A DNA stretch of 64,000 nucleotides from positions 26,536,001-26,600,000 of the forward strand of contig OZ024762.1 of the NCBI GenBank assembly GCA_964016885.1, in the 5' to 3' direction. A program made the translations under genes and the position numbers. Under the pieces are notes generated by a model that had not been told where the DNA came from, searched no databases, and worked only from the letters and a program-made list of their open reading frames with translations. The DNA comes from Eledone cirrhosa (lineage: Eukaryota). Below are positions 11,512-23,800 of this stretch, one piece after another. How positions within the stretch are numbered: position 1 is the first letter of the stretch; the number at the start of each line of letters is the position of its first letter.

Positions 11512-11660
11512 CTTTTTCTACTTTGGGCACAAGGCCAGCAAATACCCAGTACATTACTGGTACTTTATTTTATCGACCTCTGTAAGGATGAAAGGCAAAG
11601 TTAACCTCGGCGGGATTTGAACTCAGATCGTAAAGGGACGTAACTATGCTGGCATAACAC
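11512..11660 (-). mobile_element. tRNA-derived SINE (octopod-type), partial
   Basis: ggcacaaggccagc..tactggtactttattttatcgac..aggatgaaaggcaaagttaacctcggcgggatttgaactc; B box GAGTTCAAATCC on the minus strand; many copies in the window. Confidence 0.85.
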
Positions 11661-11805
11661 TCGATTCGTTTGCAATTATGCAAACAGGCCTCATTTTTAA
11701 AGCCATGTCAGTAGAATGAACCCTGCATTCTTGCTCTTGTGTTGGCAAGTAAACAGAACTTCTTTTTTAATATGTATACAAATACACACACACAAACACA
11801 CACAA

Positions 11806-11872
<67 letters not shown>

Positions 11873-11875
<3 letters not shown>

Positions 11876-11997
11876 AAATATTAAACAAATAATGAATAAA
11901 ACAATGAAACAGTTCCTTATATTAAACAAAAAAACTTTTTTTGTTTAATATAAGGAACTCTTTCATTGTTTTATTCATTATTTGTTTAATATTTTAT
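11873..11997. repeat. 125-bp near-perfect palindrome followed by a ~130-bp tail, flanked by (TA)n
   Basis: Arms centred at 11935. Confidence 0.85.
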
Positions 11998-12128
11998 CTT
12001 GACTCTGTATTCCGTTTATCTTTCACCGAAAGTGATTTTTCATTGCATCTCTTCTTTCCATGATATCCGGAATACATTGAGTTCTTCATACGGATTGGAC
12101 ACTACCGTAAACTCTTGGTAGATTTATC

Positions 12129-12180
<52 letters not shown>

Positions 12181-12642
12181 TATATATGTATATATATATA
12201 TATATATATATAAATGAAATATATATATATATATATACTATAAATGAATATAAAATGGAGATAAATACAGATATATACATATATGTGTTCAAATCGTAAG
12301 GAACCAGGCTCGCTAACAAAAAGACTGACTCTAAACAATAGGGTTTGCCAGACTCTATTTAATAGAATAAATTAAGAAAATAAATACAAACCGATATGGG
12401 GTAACTACCAGACACCCAGACAGCATTTGGTAGGCTGTTTCGTCATTTAAGTGAAGAAAATTACCAATTATTTTGCTCAACAGTGGGTGTAAAATTAGTA
12501 AACCCTTCACTTCTATGTATCTCAGAAGACTGAATAATGTGCGTATTTAAAATAACGCACATGGCATAAGAAACTAGCGTGTCTCATATACGTATACTAC
12601 TAAAAATAGCAGCCAAGTTTACTCGACATTTAAGTATACCTT

Positions 12643-12928
<286 letters not shown>

Positions 12929-12954
12929 TATATATGTGTGTGTGTGTGTGGTTC

Positions 12955-13085
12955 TGTGGTTGTGTGGTTATAGAATTGGATTCGCAATCGAGAGGTTGTG
13001 AGTTCGATTCCTAGATCGGGCTATGCATTATGTCCTTGGGCAAGACACTTTATTTTACGTTGCTCCTTCTACCTGGAGTTGCGAC
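12955..13085 (+). mobile_element. Second tRNA-derived SINE family (CORE-like), partial
   Basis: A/B-box-like gtggttataga...gagttcgattcc followed by gtccttgggcaagacactt, resembling the CORE-SINE domain. Confidence 0.65.
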
Positions 13086-13164
13086 CAATAGATAGTATTA
13101 ACAATTGGAAATACCATTGGAAACATTGTTTCCTCGGTCCAATTTGACGAAAGTCGATCGGCTG

Positions 13165-13195
<31 letters not shown>

Positions 13196-13203
<8 letters not shown>

Positions 13204-13806
13204 ATACTTTGGGAGGGTCATGTTGCCAATAAGAAACACACGCACCATTTGCTTTCACTTCAATTTATTATATATTTATAAATTTACAAATTTATAAATT
13301 TATAAATTTCTGGTTGGTTGGTTCCACAACCAGATAGTTGTTTATATATAGTCATAGTCCTTTCGTCACACTCTGTGACCTCTTCAGTGACTGGGGATTC
13401 CTTTCTTTGTTTCTGTGCCCCTCCTTTGTTCTGTCCTACGCTATTTTGTTTCTGTGTGTGTGTTGTGTGCTCAGTTTGCGCATGCGCCACATCCGCGTGT
13501 CTGTGTGTGTTTATGTTCATTTATCTATTTGTTTATTTATTTATTTATTTATTTACAGAGGTCACAGAGTGTGTGACGAAAGGACTATGACTATATATAA
13601 ACAACTATCTGGTTGTGGAACCAACCAACCAATCAGAAATTTATAAATTTATAAATTTGTAAATTTATAAATATATAATAAATTGAAGTGAAAGCATGGT
13701 GCGTGTGTTTCTTATTGGCAACATGACCCTCCCAAAGTATAACAATATCGGTTTCAACACACGATTTCAGATAAAGAATCTTGCTAAACAAATTCAGAAA
13801 CGAAAT
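13196..13806. mobile_element. Solo inverted PLE pseudo-LTR pair, same family as 39011-39460
   Basis: Arms 13196-13384 and 13557-13748 are inverted, with a tail to 13806; sequence matches the 3' region of the PLE at 39 kb. Confidence 0.85.
13350..13392 (-). ncRNA. Minimal type I hammerhead ribozyme in PLE pLTR
   Basis: AGTCA CTGAAGA G GTCACA-gag-TGTGAC GAAA GGAC TA TGACT: 5-bp stem I, 6-bp stem II, intact core. Confidence 0.88.
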
Positions 13807-13823
13807 ATATATATATATATATA

Positions 13824-13900
13824 AACGGAAAAAATGAAACGAAATTTCATTTCTCACTCTTAGTACGGCTGTTACTTAAATATAATTATGTACACGTACA
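13824..13900 (-). mobile_element. Short terminal fragment of the retrozyme-like family
   Basis: ggaaaaaatgaaacgaaatttcatttctcactcttagtacggctgttacttaaa, same left end as both arrays. Confidence 0.75.
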
Positions 13901-13954
13901 TACATGTATGTATACATACACTTATATATGTATACATACACATATATATATATA

Positions 13955-14048
<94 letters not shown>

Positions 14049-14207
14049 TATATATATATATATGTATGTGTATATATGGAAAGTTATATTTAAATTGTTG
14101 GGTTACAACTAGTAAATATTTATAACTGATATAAAAGCACTCAACAAGTATTTGGAGTATATTTACGATATTAAATAAATGGAAACTATATTTATAAAAC
14201 CATATTT

Positions 14208-14271
14208 ATTTCATTATATATATTTCAGGGATATCATATTAACAATATGTTATGCCTTCTTCAGACAAAAT
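14208..14271 (-). ncRNA. Minimal hammerhead (family H)
   Basis: ATTTTGT CTGAAGA AGG..CATATT-gtt-AATATG..CCT GAAA TATATA TA ATGAAAT. Confidence 0.75.
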
Positions 14272-14418
14272 ACAATATAGACAGTTTTATAGATAAATAG
14301 ATTTGACATACCGTTCAACATCGACTTGTATTTGAGAAAGTTGATGTGTATATATATATATTTGAGAAAGTATATGTGTATATATATATATATAGAGAGA
14401 GAGAGAAAGAACAGAGTG

Positions 14419-14582
14419 GGGGTGGTAAGTTAACAAGCACTCTATACTTGGGGTAGTAGAGTGGGTAATATAAAAAGATTCAGGACCCCGACGGCTGAGC
14501 TTCGGCCGCTTCGATAGCTAGATCCGAACTGTCGGATCTAGCTGTCGAAACGGCCGAGGCTCAGTCGTCGGGGTCCTGAATC

Positions 14583-14585
<3 letters not shown>
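14419..14585. mobile_element. Family G hairpin + tail element (variant subfamily)
   Basis: Hairpin 14473-14585 centred on TAGCTAGATCCG..CGGATCTAGCTG, followed by GAAACGGCCG. Confidence 0.75.
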
Positions 14586-14679
<94 letters not shown>

Positions 14680-14690
14680 CTATCTATATA

Positions 14691-14740
<50 letters not shown>

Positions 14741-14743
<3 letters not shown>

Positions 14744-14864
14744 GGTGGCATAAAAGTCGCGATACATAGAAAAAATGTATTATGCTTCATAAGATACAAT
14801 ATATTCAAAATAAATAAATATGGAAACTTAAAAATTCCCTATGCATTGCTACTTTTGGGCCACC

Positions 14865-14867
<3 letters not shown>
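14741..14867. mobile_element. Tc1/mariner-type MITE (127 bp)
   Basis: 29-bp imperfect TIRs beginning CAGGGTGGC..AAAAGT, flanked by TA. Confidence 0.8.
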
Positions 14868-14937
<70 letters not shown>

Positions 14938-14972
14938 AAAGAATAGAGGTGTAACACACAAGTTATTATATA

Positions 14973-15360
14973 TTGGTAAACGGAATAGAAAATGCTGACA
15001 AATTGTTCACAGTTGAAAAATGGTTTAATTAGGAATAAAAGAGTATTAGTGATTGTATGGGTTAGTATTCAGTTGTGGTTTTAAGTTTTTAGGTTTTTAC
15101 CGGTTGCGCATTTCTAAATGCTTTTCAAAAATAATTTTGAGATAGAGTGTCCGTGCTGTTTGCTCTGATCAGAGTAAACAGCACGGACACTCTATCTCAA
15201 AATTGTTTTTGAAAAGCATTTAGAAATGCGCAACCGGTAAAAACTTAAAAACTTAAAACCACAACTGAATACTAACCCATACAATTACTAATACTCTTTT
15301 ATTCCTAATTAAACCATTTTTCAACTGTGAACAATTTGTCAGCATTTTCTATTCCGTTTA

Positions 15361-15364
<4 letters not shown>
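14973..15364. repeat. 392-bp near-perfect loopless palindrome of a PLE 3' end
   Basis: Centred on CTGA|TCAG at 15168/15169; arms match 8664-8853. Confidence 0.9.
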
Positions 15365-15408
<44 letters not shown>

Positions 15409-16239
15409 TTGGCATTTTAAATATCCCTGTTCCAACGTAAATCACTGTAATAGTAGTAGTCGGTCGTTATAAATAATAGTTGAGCAAATCCTGTGAAGCA
15501 AGCATGAAGAGGGGAAATTTCCATCGACTCTTTTGAAAAATAAACCTCATTTGGTCATTCCATGAGAGTATCTTGCTCAGCCTATAAATTTTGAGCCAAA
15601 ACTCTTATAATAAAAATTCAAAACACACCATAAAATGAATATATATATATGAATTTGGGTGACTTCCGTCCGTCACACGATCTGTGTGTGTGTTTTTGTG
15701 CGAATGTATGTGTGTAAAAGGAAGGACGTGATGGTGAAAAATCTATTGCAAGACACCGCTTGGCGTTCCATTTGCTACGCTGTGTGTGAGTGTATGTGTA
15801 TGATTGTGTAAATCTATTTGTGTGTGTATGCGTGTTTGTGGGAATGTGTGTGTATTTGTTTGAACGTATGTCAGTGAGTGTGTTATTTTGTGTGTCTGTG
15901 TTTGCGCGTTTATATTTATATACTCATACATATAAATGTATGTACATACACTCACGCACACACATATATTTATATATTCATACATATGCACATGCACGCA
16001 CAAATATATTTATATACACATATTTATATACTCATACTTATGCACATAAACACACCCACACATATTTATATACTCATAAATATGCACATGCGCATACATA
16101 TGCACATACACACACGCAAGCTCATATTCATATACACATATTTACATACCGATACACATACACATACACATGCACATACACACATACACATACATATACA
16201 TATGCACATACACACATATTTATATACATTAATGCACAT

Positions 16240-16357
16240 TTTTTTTCAATTCCCGGCCACACGCTCGGTGTGATAGGTCGATCTCGTTATAAAGAATTTT
16301 ACATTACAACGAATTTTTTTTATACACCATGTATTTCGTAATAACGGAATTTCATTG
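16240..16357. mobile_element. Partial pogo/Tigger-like MITE, opposite orientation to 16486-16661
   Basis: Reverse complement matches 16486-16570. Confidence 0.55.
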
Positions 16358-16485
16358 TATATGATTGGATCTGGTGTTTATTAGTAGTAACAGGGCGGTG
16401 TATTGGCATAATCGGTAGAGCGTCAGGCAGATAATTGTTGTCCATGTGCCAAAAGTAGAAACAATTATTCATTAGATTTCAAATA

Positions 16486-16661
16486 CAGTCACATTCCGTT
16501 ATAACGAAATTCACGGGGTATAAAAAAAATTCGCTGTAACGAAAGATTCTTTATAACAAGATCGACCTAACACATCGAGCCGGTGGGCAGAGATTGAAAA
16601 AAAGTTTCTTGATACTGAAAAATTTGTTATAATGGCATTCGTTATAACGGAATTTTACCTG
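16486..16661. mobile_element. pogo/Tigger-like MITE
   Basis: TA-CAG..ATTCCGTTATAACGAA inverted ends, flanked by TA. Confidence 0.65.
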
Positions 16662-16695
16662 TACATGATTGGATCTGATGTTTATTAGTAGTAAC

Positions 16696-16920
16696 AGGTG
16701 AATCGGCTGCAATCGGTAGATCGACGGACAGATAATTGCTGTTCTTGTGCCAAAAGTAAAACTCGCTCGCTGTTTCAAAACATATTTACTTGCCATTATA
16801 CTTATTCAAATCCCGCCGAGGTTAACTTTGCCTTTCATCCTTACGGGGTAGATAAAATAAAGTACCAGTAATACACTGGAATAATTGCTGGCTTTGTGCT
16901 AAAAGTAGAAAGAATTATAC
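16696..16920 (+). mobile_element. tRNA-derived SINE pieces; related internally deleted heads at 16394-16470 and 17178-17255
   Basis: ttcaaatcccgccgaggttaactttgcctttcatccttacgggg..aaagtaccagt. Confidence 0.75.
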
Positions 16921-16947
16921 TTGCTTCTAATTTGAATAGAAAGCGAT

Positions 16948-17022
16948 GGGTTGTGTGTTTGTGTAATGGTAGCACAGTGGTCTGTATAACTAAAGACATG
17001 GGTTCGACTCCAATGTACATCA
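16948..17022 (+). pseudogene. tRNA-like sequence (pseudo-tRNA or SINE head)
   Basis: tgtaatggtagcac D-arm-like segment and ggttcgactcc T-loop at tRNA spacing; acceptor and anticodon stems poor. Confidence 0.4.
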
Positions 17023-18075
17023 ATACTCATCGTTTTTCATTTCTTAGAGGGTTTTAAACCCCACTATCTATCTAAAATGTCTTTAGTAAAAAAATACGAC
17101 GTAAGCTTCTATTTCTATTTTAACTATCCATTAGATTAACATATATGTTTGTATCTGGTGTTTATTATTTGTAACATGGCGGTGGATTGGCAGCAATTGG
17201 CAGAGCGCCGGACAGATAATTTCTGTCCTTGTGCCAAAAGGAGAAACAATTATTCATCAGATTTAAAATATATGATTTCAAATCACAAATAGAGTTTCAA
17301 GTACGAGGGTGATTTTCTCATTGATTCCAAGTGTAGGCTCATTACTCGATGTAGTTAGTCAACAGGTTGTTGTCATGGTTATTATATTAATTAATCTGGC
17401 CCGAGGAGGGTGGCCTAGGAGGTGTTTGAGGTATATATATAGTGTGTGTGTGTGTGTGCGTTCATGTGTGTGTGGTGCTGGTGGTGGGGTGTTAGTTTAA
17501 ATTATTGGAATGTCAATAGCACAGCAACAACAACAGCAGCAACAGCAATAGCTGTCAGATGTTATAATTGCTTCCATGCATGCAATGATATTGTTGAAAT
17601 GCAAAGAAGCCTTAGATCTCGTTCAAGCTTTTAATGTTCTCCTTTTCTTCCCACAAGAGCACACAATATGGATCCCCGATAATTAATAACAGTAGATATT
17701 ATTAGGTTAATTACTTCTAAGTCAATGGAACGCCACGGAAGCATTCGATAATATTGCAAAAGGTTTTGCACATGGGACATGAATATCGGAATGTGTCCCT
17801 TTAACTTGCTTTTCTATAATCATACTAATTCGGTTTCTGCTAAGGTTAAGACATTTTATTTACATAATTTTCTAGATTCATTTTAGGATTCTGCTCCATT
17901 AATTTGATCCGAAGATGAGGCCTTTAGGAGGTCGTTCGACCTATTAGAAAGAGAAGATAACTCACAACTCATTTCATATCCAAAGATTTGATTAAATGAA
18001 AGATATGCCAGATAGTGTTGTCTTGAATTTACTAACGTCTATCTTTCTATTTATCACACTCTCTCTCTCACTCTC

Positions 18076-18158
<83 letters not shown>

Positions 18159-18299
18159 ATGTGTGTGTGTGTGTGTGTGTGTGTTGTGTGCGTGTCTGTA
18201 TGTGTGTAAAGAATAAACAAATAAAAGAAATAACAAAACACATGGTACACTACATGGAAGGAATATATTAGGTTAACGCTTGAAATGGCAGGAAGAGGG

Positions 18300-18335
18300 T
18301 CTTAACGCTTCGGACGCTAGTCCTTCGTCAGAAGA
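18300..18335 (-). ncRNA. Degenerate minimal hammerhead
   Basis: TCTT CTGACGA A GGAC-tagc-GTCC GAAG CG TT AAGA; one core substitution (GAAA to GAAG). Confidence 0.6.
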
Positions 18336-18428
18336 ATGAATGAGAAATTAGGTAGATTGAAGGGACGGGTGGGGTGGAATTGGAAAAAATGTCTTAAGAT
18401 TAAAATAACAGGTCCATTCATGTTGACA

Positions 18429-18650
<222 letters not shown>

Positions 18651-18806
18651 ACTGCTCTGTAAATCATCTGATGTTTTTACATTGAGCTACTTAACTTACT
18701 GGTAATAAGGTAGTAATATATTACTGCCTACCACTATTTAGGGTTTGTATAAAAATATATATAACTGCAAAAGGTTTTCGTATTTACATAACCATAAATA
18801 GTATAA

Positions 18807-18991
18807 TTAATTGTTTCTACTATTGGCACAAGGCCAGAAATTACCCAGTACATTACTGGTACTTTATTTTATCGACCCCGTAAGGATGAAAGGCAAAGTC
18901 AACCTCGGCGCGATTTGAACTCAGAATGGCAAGGGCCGTAACTCTATGCGTCAAAGCATGGCGTCCGACCCTCTACCGATACTGCCAATCC
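18807..18991 (-). mobile_element. tRNA-derived SINE, near full length
   Basis: Same family as 11512; head tggattggcagtatcggtagag on the minus strand. Confidence 0.88.
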
Positions 18992-18999
18992 ATAATTAA

Positions 19000-19095
<96 letters not shown>

Positions 19096-19189
19096 GAAGA
19101 GAGAGAGATGTAGTTTCCGAGTAAAATGGGGAGGTAACCACAACTTAAAAAGGTAGATTAGTAGAGTGTAAGAATCATTATTTGATATA

Positions 19190-19580
19190 AGCAGTGGATT
19201 GGTAGAGATTGGAGAGCAGTGGATAGCAGTATCGGCAGAGAGTCAGATGCCATGCTTTGCAGCATAGAGTTACGCCCCTTTACGGTCTGAATTCAAATCC
19301 CACCGAGGTTAACTTTGCCTTTCATCCTTACGGGGTCGATAAAATAAAGTACCAGTAATGCACTAGGATAATTGCTGGCCTTGTGCCAAAAGTAGAAACA
19401 ATTATTTAATATAAAAGATTGTTCTATATTAAATAATTGTTTCTACTTTTTGGCACAAGGCCAGCAATACGCCAGTGCATTACTGGTACTTTATTTTGCC
19501 GACTCCGTAAGGATATAAGGCAAAGCTAAACTCGGTGGGATTTGAACTCAGAAGTTAAAGCGCACTAACAGTATGCCACA
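19190..19580. mobile_element. Tail-to-tail SINE pair (19190-19406 +, 19432-19580 -)
   Basis: Two family copies in inverted orientation about 25 bp apart. Confidence 0.85.
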
Positions 19581-19603
19581 AATCATTTCGTCGGAGGAAT
19601 AAC

Positions 19604-19651
<48 letters not shown>

Positions 19652-19779
19652 GAAAGACTATAGGATTTGAATCTAGAAAGTTCTGCTTCGTCTGGTGAAG
19701 GTTGTTTGTGATGAAAGACCAGAGTTACCCAGGCATACAATGCATATGTTGTCCAATAGAAAGGTAATGACTGATACAG

Positions 19780-20685
19780 CTGTGTATATGTGTCTGCAGG
19801 TGTGAGAGTTTATGTGTCTATGTATCTGTCTGTGTGTCTGCGTACCTATGTGTCTATGTATTTATCTGTGTGTCTCTGTCTCTGTGTGTGTGTATGTGTC
19901 TGTGTATAGCTGTCTGTATGTGTGAGAGTTCTGCGCTGTATGTGTGAGAGTTTCTGTCTCTATCTATATGTCTGTGTGTGTATGTATTTATTTGTGTGTA
20001 TGTGTGTATGTGTTGCTATATGTTTTTCTGTATGTGTGAGAATTTGTGTGCCTATGCCTCTATCTGCGTATCTATCTGTCTATGTATTTATATGTGTGTC
20101 TCTGTGTGTGTATGTCTGTCTGTGTGTGTGTCTGGCTTGTTTTGCCTCTATGTGTGTATATGTGTGAGTATGTCTATATCTCTATCTGTGTGTGTGTGAG
20201 AACCTGTGTATTTATGTTTCTCTCTCTATGTGTGTGTCCGTGTGTCTGTCAGTATGTCTGTGTGTGTGCCTGTGTATATGTATCTCTATGTGTGAGACCC
20301 TGTGTATCTCTCTCTCTCTCTCTCCCTCTCTCTCTGTCGGTGTGTGTGTTTATGTATATGTGTCTGTGTCTGTTTTTATCCATGTGTGTGTGTATGTGCG
20401 TATGTGTATTTGTCCCTATCTGTGTGTTTCTATGTCTATCTCTGTACATATGTCTGTCTGTGCGTGACATGTCTATATATCTATATGTGTGTGTGCCTGT
20501 GTATATGTGTCTCTATGTGTGAGAGCCTGTGTACGTACGTCTCTCTCTAGGTGTGTGTCTGTATATTTATCTGTGTACGTACATCTCTATCTGTGTATCA
20601 GTGTGTCTGTCAGTGCGTCTCTCTCTCTACCTACGTCTCTATCTGTGTGTCTGTATGCCTGTAAATCTGTCTATGTGTCTCTTGT
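19780..20685. repeat. Degenerate (GT/CT/AT) low-complexity tract
   Basis: Directly visible. Confidence 0.9.
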
Positions 20686-20874
20686 ATAGAACAATACTAC
20701 TATTCATATAATTCTATAATAAAAATGTCGGCTACCTCCAAATAGCTTCCATCATTCGTCTCTCAACTAATAACCTACGAGGAGGGCCAAGTGTTGTAGT
20801 TTTTTCGTCTCATATCATTTTAAATATTTCTATTCTTTAAACTACAAGGACGTTGTGTCGTCTTTCGGAAAACA

Positions 20875-23800
20875 AAGGGCGGATGATACTAGAATATTCT
20901 GGAGAAAATGTCGGCTACAGTGTAGAAAGGGCAGATGATACCAGAATATTCTGGAGAAAATGTCGGCTACTGTGTAGAAAGGCGGATGATACCAGAATAT
21001 TCTGGAGAAAATGACGGCTACAGTGTAGAAAGGGCGGATGATACCAGAATATTCTGGAGAAAATGTCGGCTACAGTGTAGAAAGGACGGATGATACCAGA
21101 ATATTCTGGAGAAAATGTCGGCTACAGTGTAGAAAGGACGGATGATACCAGAATATTCTGGAGAAAATGTCGGCTACAGTGTAGAAAGGGCGGATGATAC
21201 CAGAATATTCTGGAGAAAATGTCGGCTACAGTGTAGAAAGGACGGATGATACCAGAATATTCTGGAGAAAATGTCGGCTACAGTGTAGAAAGGACGGATG
21301 ATACCAGAATATTCTGGAGAAAATGTCGGCTACTGTGTAGAAAGGCGGATGATACCAGAATATTCTGGAGAAAATGTTGGTTGCAGTGTAGAAAGGGCGG
21401 ATGATACCAGAATATTCTGGAGAAAATGTCGGCTACAGTGTAGAAAGGACGGATGATACCAGAATATTCTGGAGAAAATGACGGCTACTGTGTAGAAAGG
21501 GCGGATGATACCAGAATATTCTGGAGAAAATGTTGGCTACAGTGTAGAAAGGGCGGATGATACCAGAATATTCTGGAGAAAATGTTGGTTGCAGTGTAGA
21601 AAGGGCGGATGATACCAGAATATTCTGGAGAAAATGTCGGCTACAGTGTAGAAAGTGCGGATGATACCAGAATATTCTGGAGAAAATGTCGGCTACAGTG
21701 TAGAAAGGGCGGATGATAACAGAATATTCTGGAGAAAATGTTGGTTGCAGTGTAGAAAGTGCGGATGATACCAGAATATTCTGGAGAAAATGTCGGCTAC
21801 AGTGTAGAAAGGGCGGATGATACCAGAATATTCTGGAGAAAATGTCGGCTACAGTGTAGAAAGGGCGGATGATACCAGAATGTTCTGGAGAAAATGTCGG
21901 CTACAGTGTAGAAAGGGCGGATGATACCAGAATATTCTGGAGAAAATGTCGGCTACAGTGTAGAAAGGGCGGATGTTACCAGAATATTCTGGAGAAAATG
22001 TCTGCTACTGTGTAGAAAGGGCGGATGATACCAGAATATTCTGGAGAAAATGTCTGCTACTGTGTAGAAAGTGCGGATGATACCAGAATATTCTGGAGAA
22101 AATGTCGGCTACAGTGTAGAAAGGGCGGATGATACCAGAATATTCTGGAGAAAATGACGGCTACAGTGTAGAAAGGGCGGATGATACCAGAATATTCTGG
22201 AGAAAATGACGGCTACAGTGTAGAAAGGGCGGATTATACCAGAATATTCCGGAGAAAATGTTGGCTACAGTGTAGAAAGGGCGGATGATACCAGAATATT
22301 CTGGAGAAAATGTCGGCTACAGTGTAGAAAGGGCGGATGATACCAGAATATTCTGGAGAAAATGTCGGCTACAGTGTAGAAAGGGCGGATGATACCAGAA
22401 TATTCTGGAGAAAATGTCGGCTACAGTGTAGAAAGGGCGGATGATACCAGAATATTCTGGAGAAAATGTCGGCTACAGTGTAGAAAGGGCGGATGATACC
22501 AGAATATTCTGGAGAAAATGTTGGCTACAGTGTAGAAAGGACGGATGATACCAGAATATTCTGGAGAAAATGTCGGCTACAGTGTAGAAAGGGCGGATGA
22601 TACCAGAATATTCTGGAGAAAATGTCGGCTACAGTGTAGAAAGGGCGGATGATACCAGAATATTCTGGAGAAAATGTCGGCTACAGTGTAGAAAGGGCGG
22701 ATGATACCAGAATATTCTGGAGAAAATGTCGGTTGCAGTGTAGAAAGGGCGGATGATACCAGAATATTCTGGAGAAAATGTCGGCTACAGTGTAGAAAGT
22801 GCGGATGATACCAGAATATTCCGGAGAAAATGTCGGTTGCAGTGTAGAAAGGACGGATGATACCAGAATATTCTGGAGAAAATGTCGGCTACAGTGTAGA
22901 AAGGGCGGATGATACCAGAATATTCTGGAGAAAATGTTGGTTGCAGTGTAGAAAGGACGGATGATACCAGAATATTCTGGAGAAAATGTCGGCTACAGTG
23001 TAGAAAGGGCGGATGATACCAGAATATTCCGGAGAAAATGTCGGTTGCAGTGTAGAAAGGACGGATGATACCAGAATATTCTGGAGAAAATGTCGGTTGC
23101 AGTGTAGAAAGGGCGGATGATACCAGAATATTCTGGAGAAAATGTCGGCTACAGTGTAGAAAGGGCGGATGATACCAGAATATTCCGGAGAAAATGTCGG
23201 TTGCAGTGTAGAAAGGGCGGATGATACCAGAATATTCTGGAGAAAATATTGGCTACAGTGTAGAAAGGGCGGATGATACCAGAATATTCTGGAGAAAATG
23301 TCGGCTACAGTGTAGAAAGGGCGGATGATACCAGAATATTCTGGAGAAAATGTCGGCTACAGTGTAGAAAGGGCGGATGATACCAGAATATTCTGGAGAA
23401 AATGTCGGTTGCAGTGTAGAAAGGGCGGATGATACCAGAATATTCTGGAGAAAATGTCGGTTGCAGTGTAGAAAGGGCGGATGATACCAGAATATTCTGG
23501 AGAAAATGTCGGCTACAGTGTAGAAAGGGCGGATGATACCAGAATATTCTGGAGAAAATATTGGCTACAGTGTAGAAAGGGCGGATGATACCAGAATATT
23601 CTGGAGAAAATGTCGGCTACAGTGTAGAAAGGGCGGATGATACCAGAATATTCTGGAGAAAATGTCGGCTACAGTGTAGAAAGGGCGGATGATACCAGAA
23701 TATTCTGGAGAAAATATTGGCTACAGTGTAGAAAGGGCGGATGATACCAGAATATTCTGGAGAAAATGTCGGTTGCAGTGTAGAAAGGGCGGATGATACC

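Noticed and set aside
12525-12590. CTGAATA..hairpin..GAAACTAG
   Set aside because: Core and spacing deviate too far from a hammerhead
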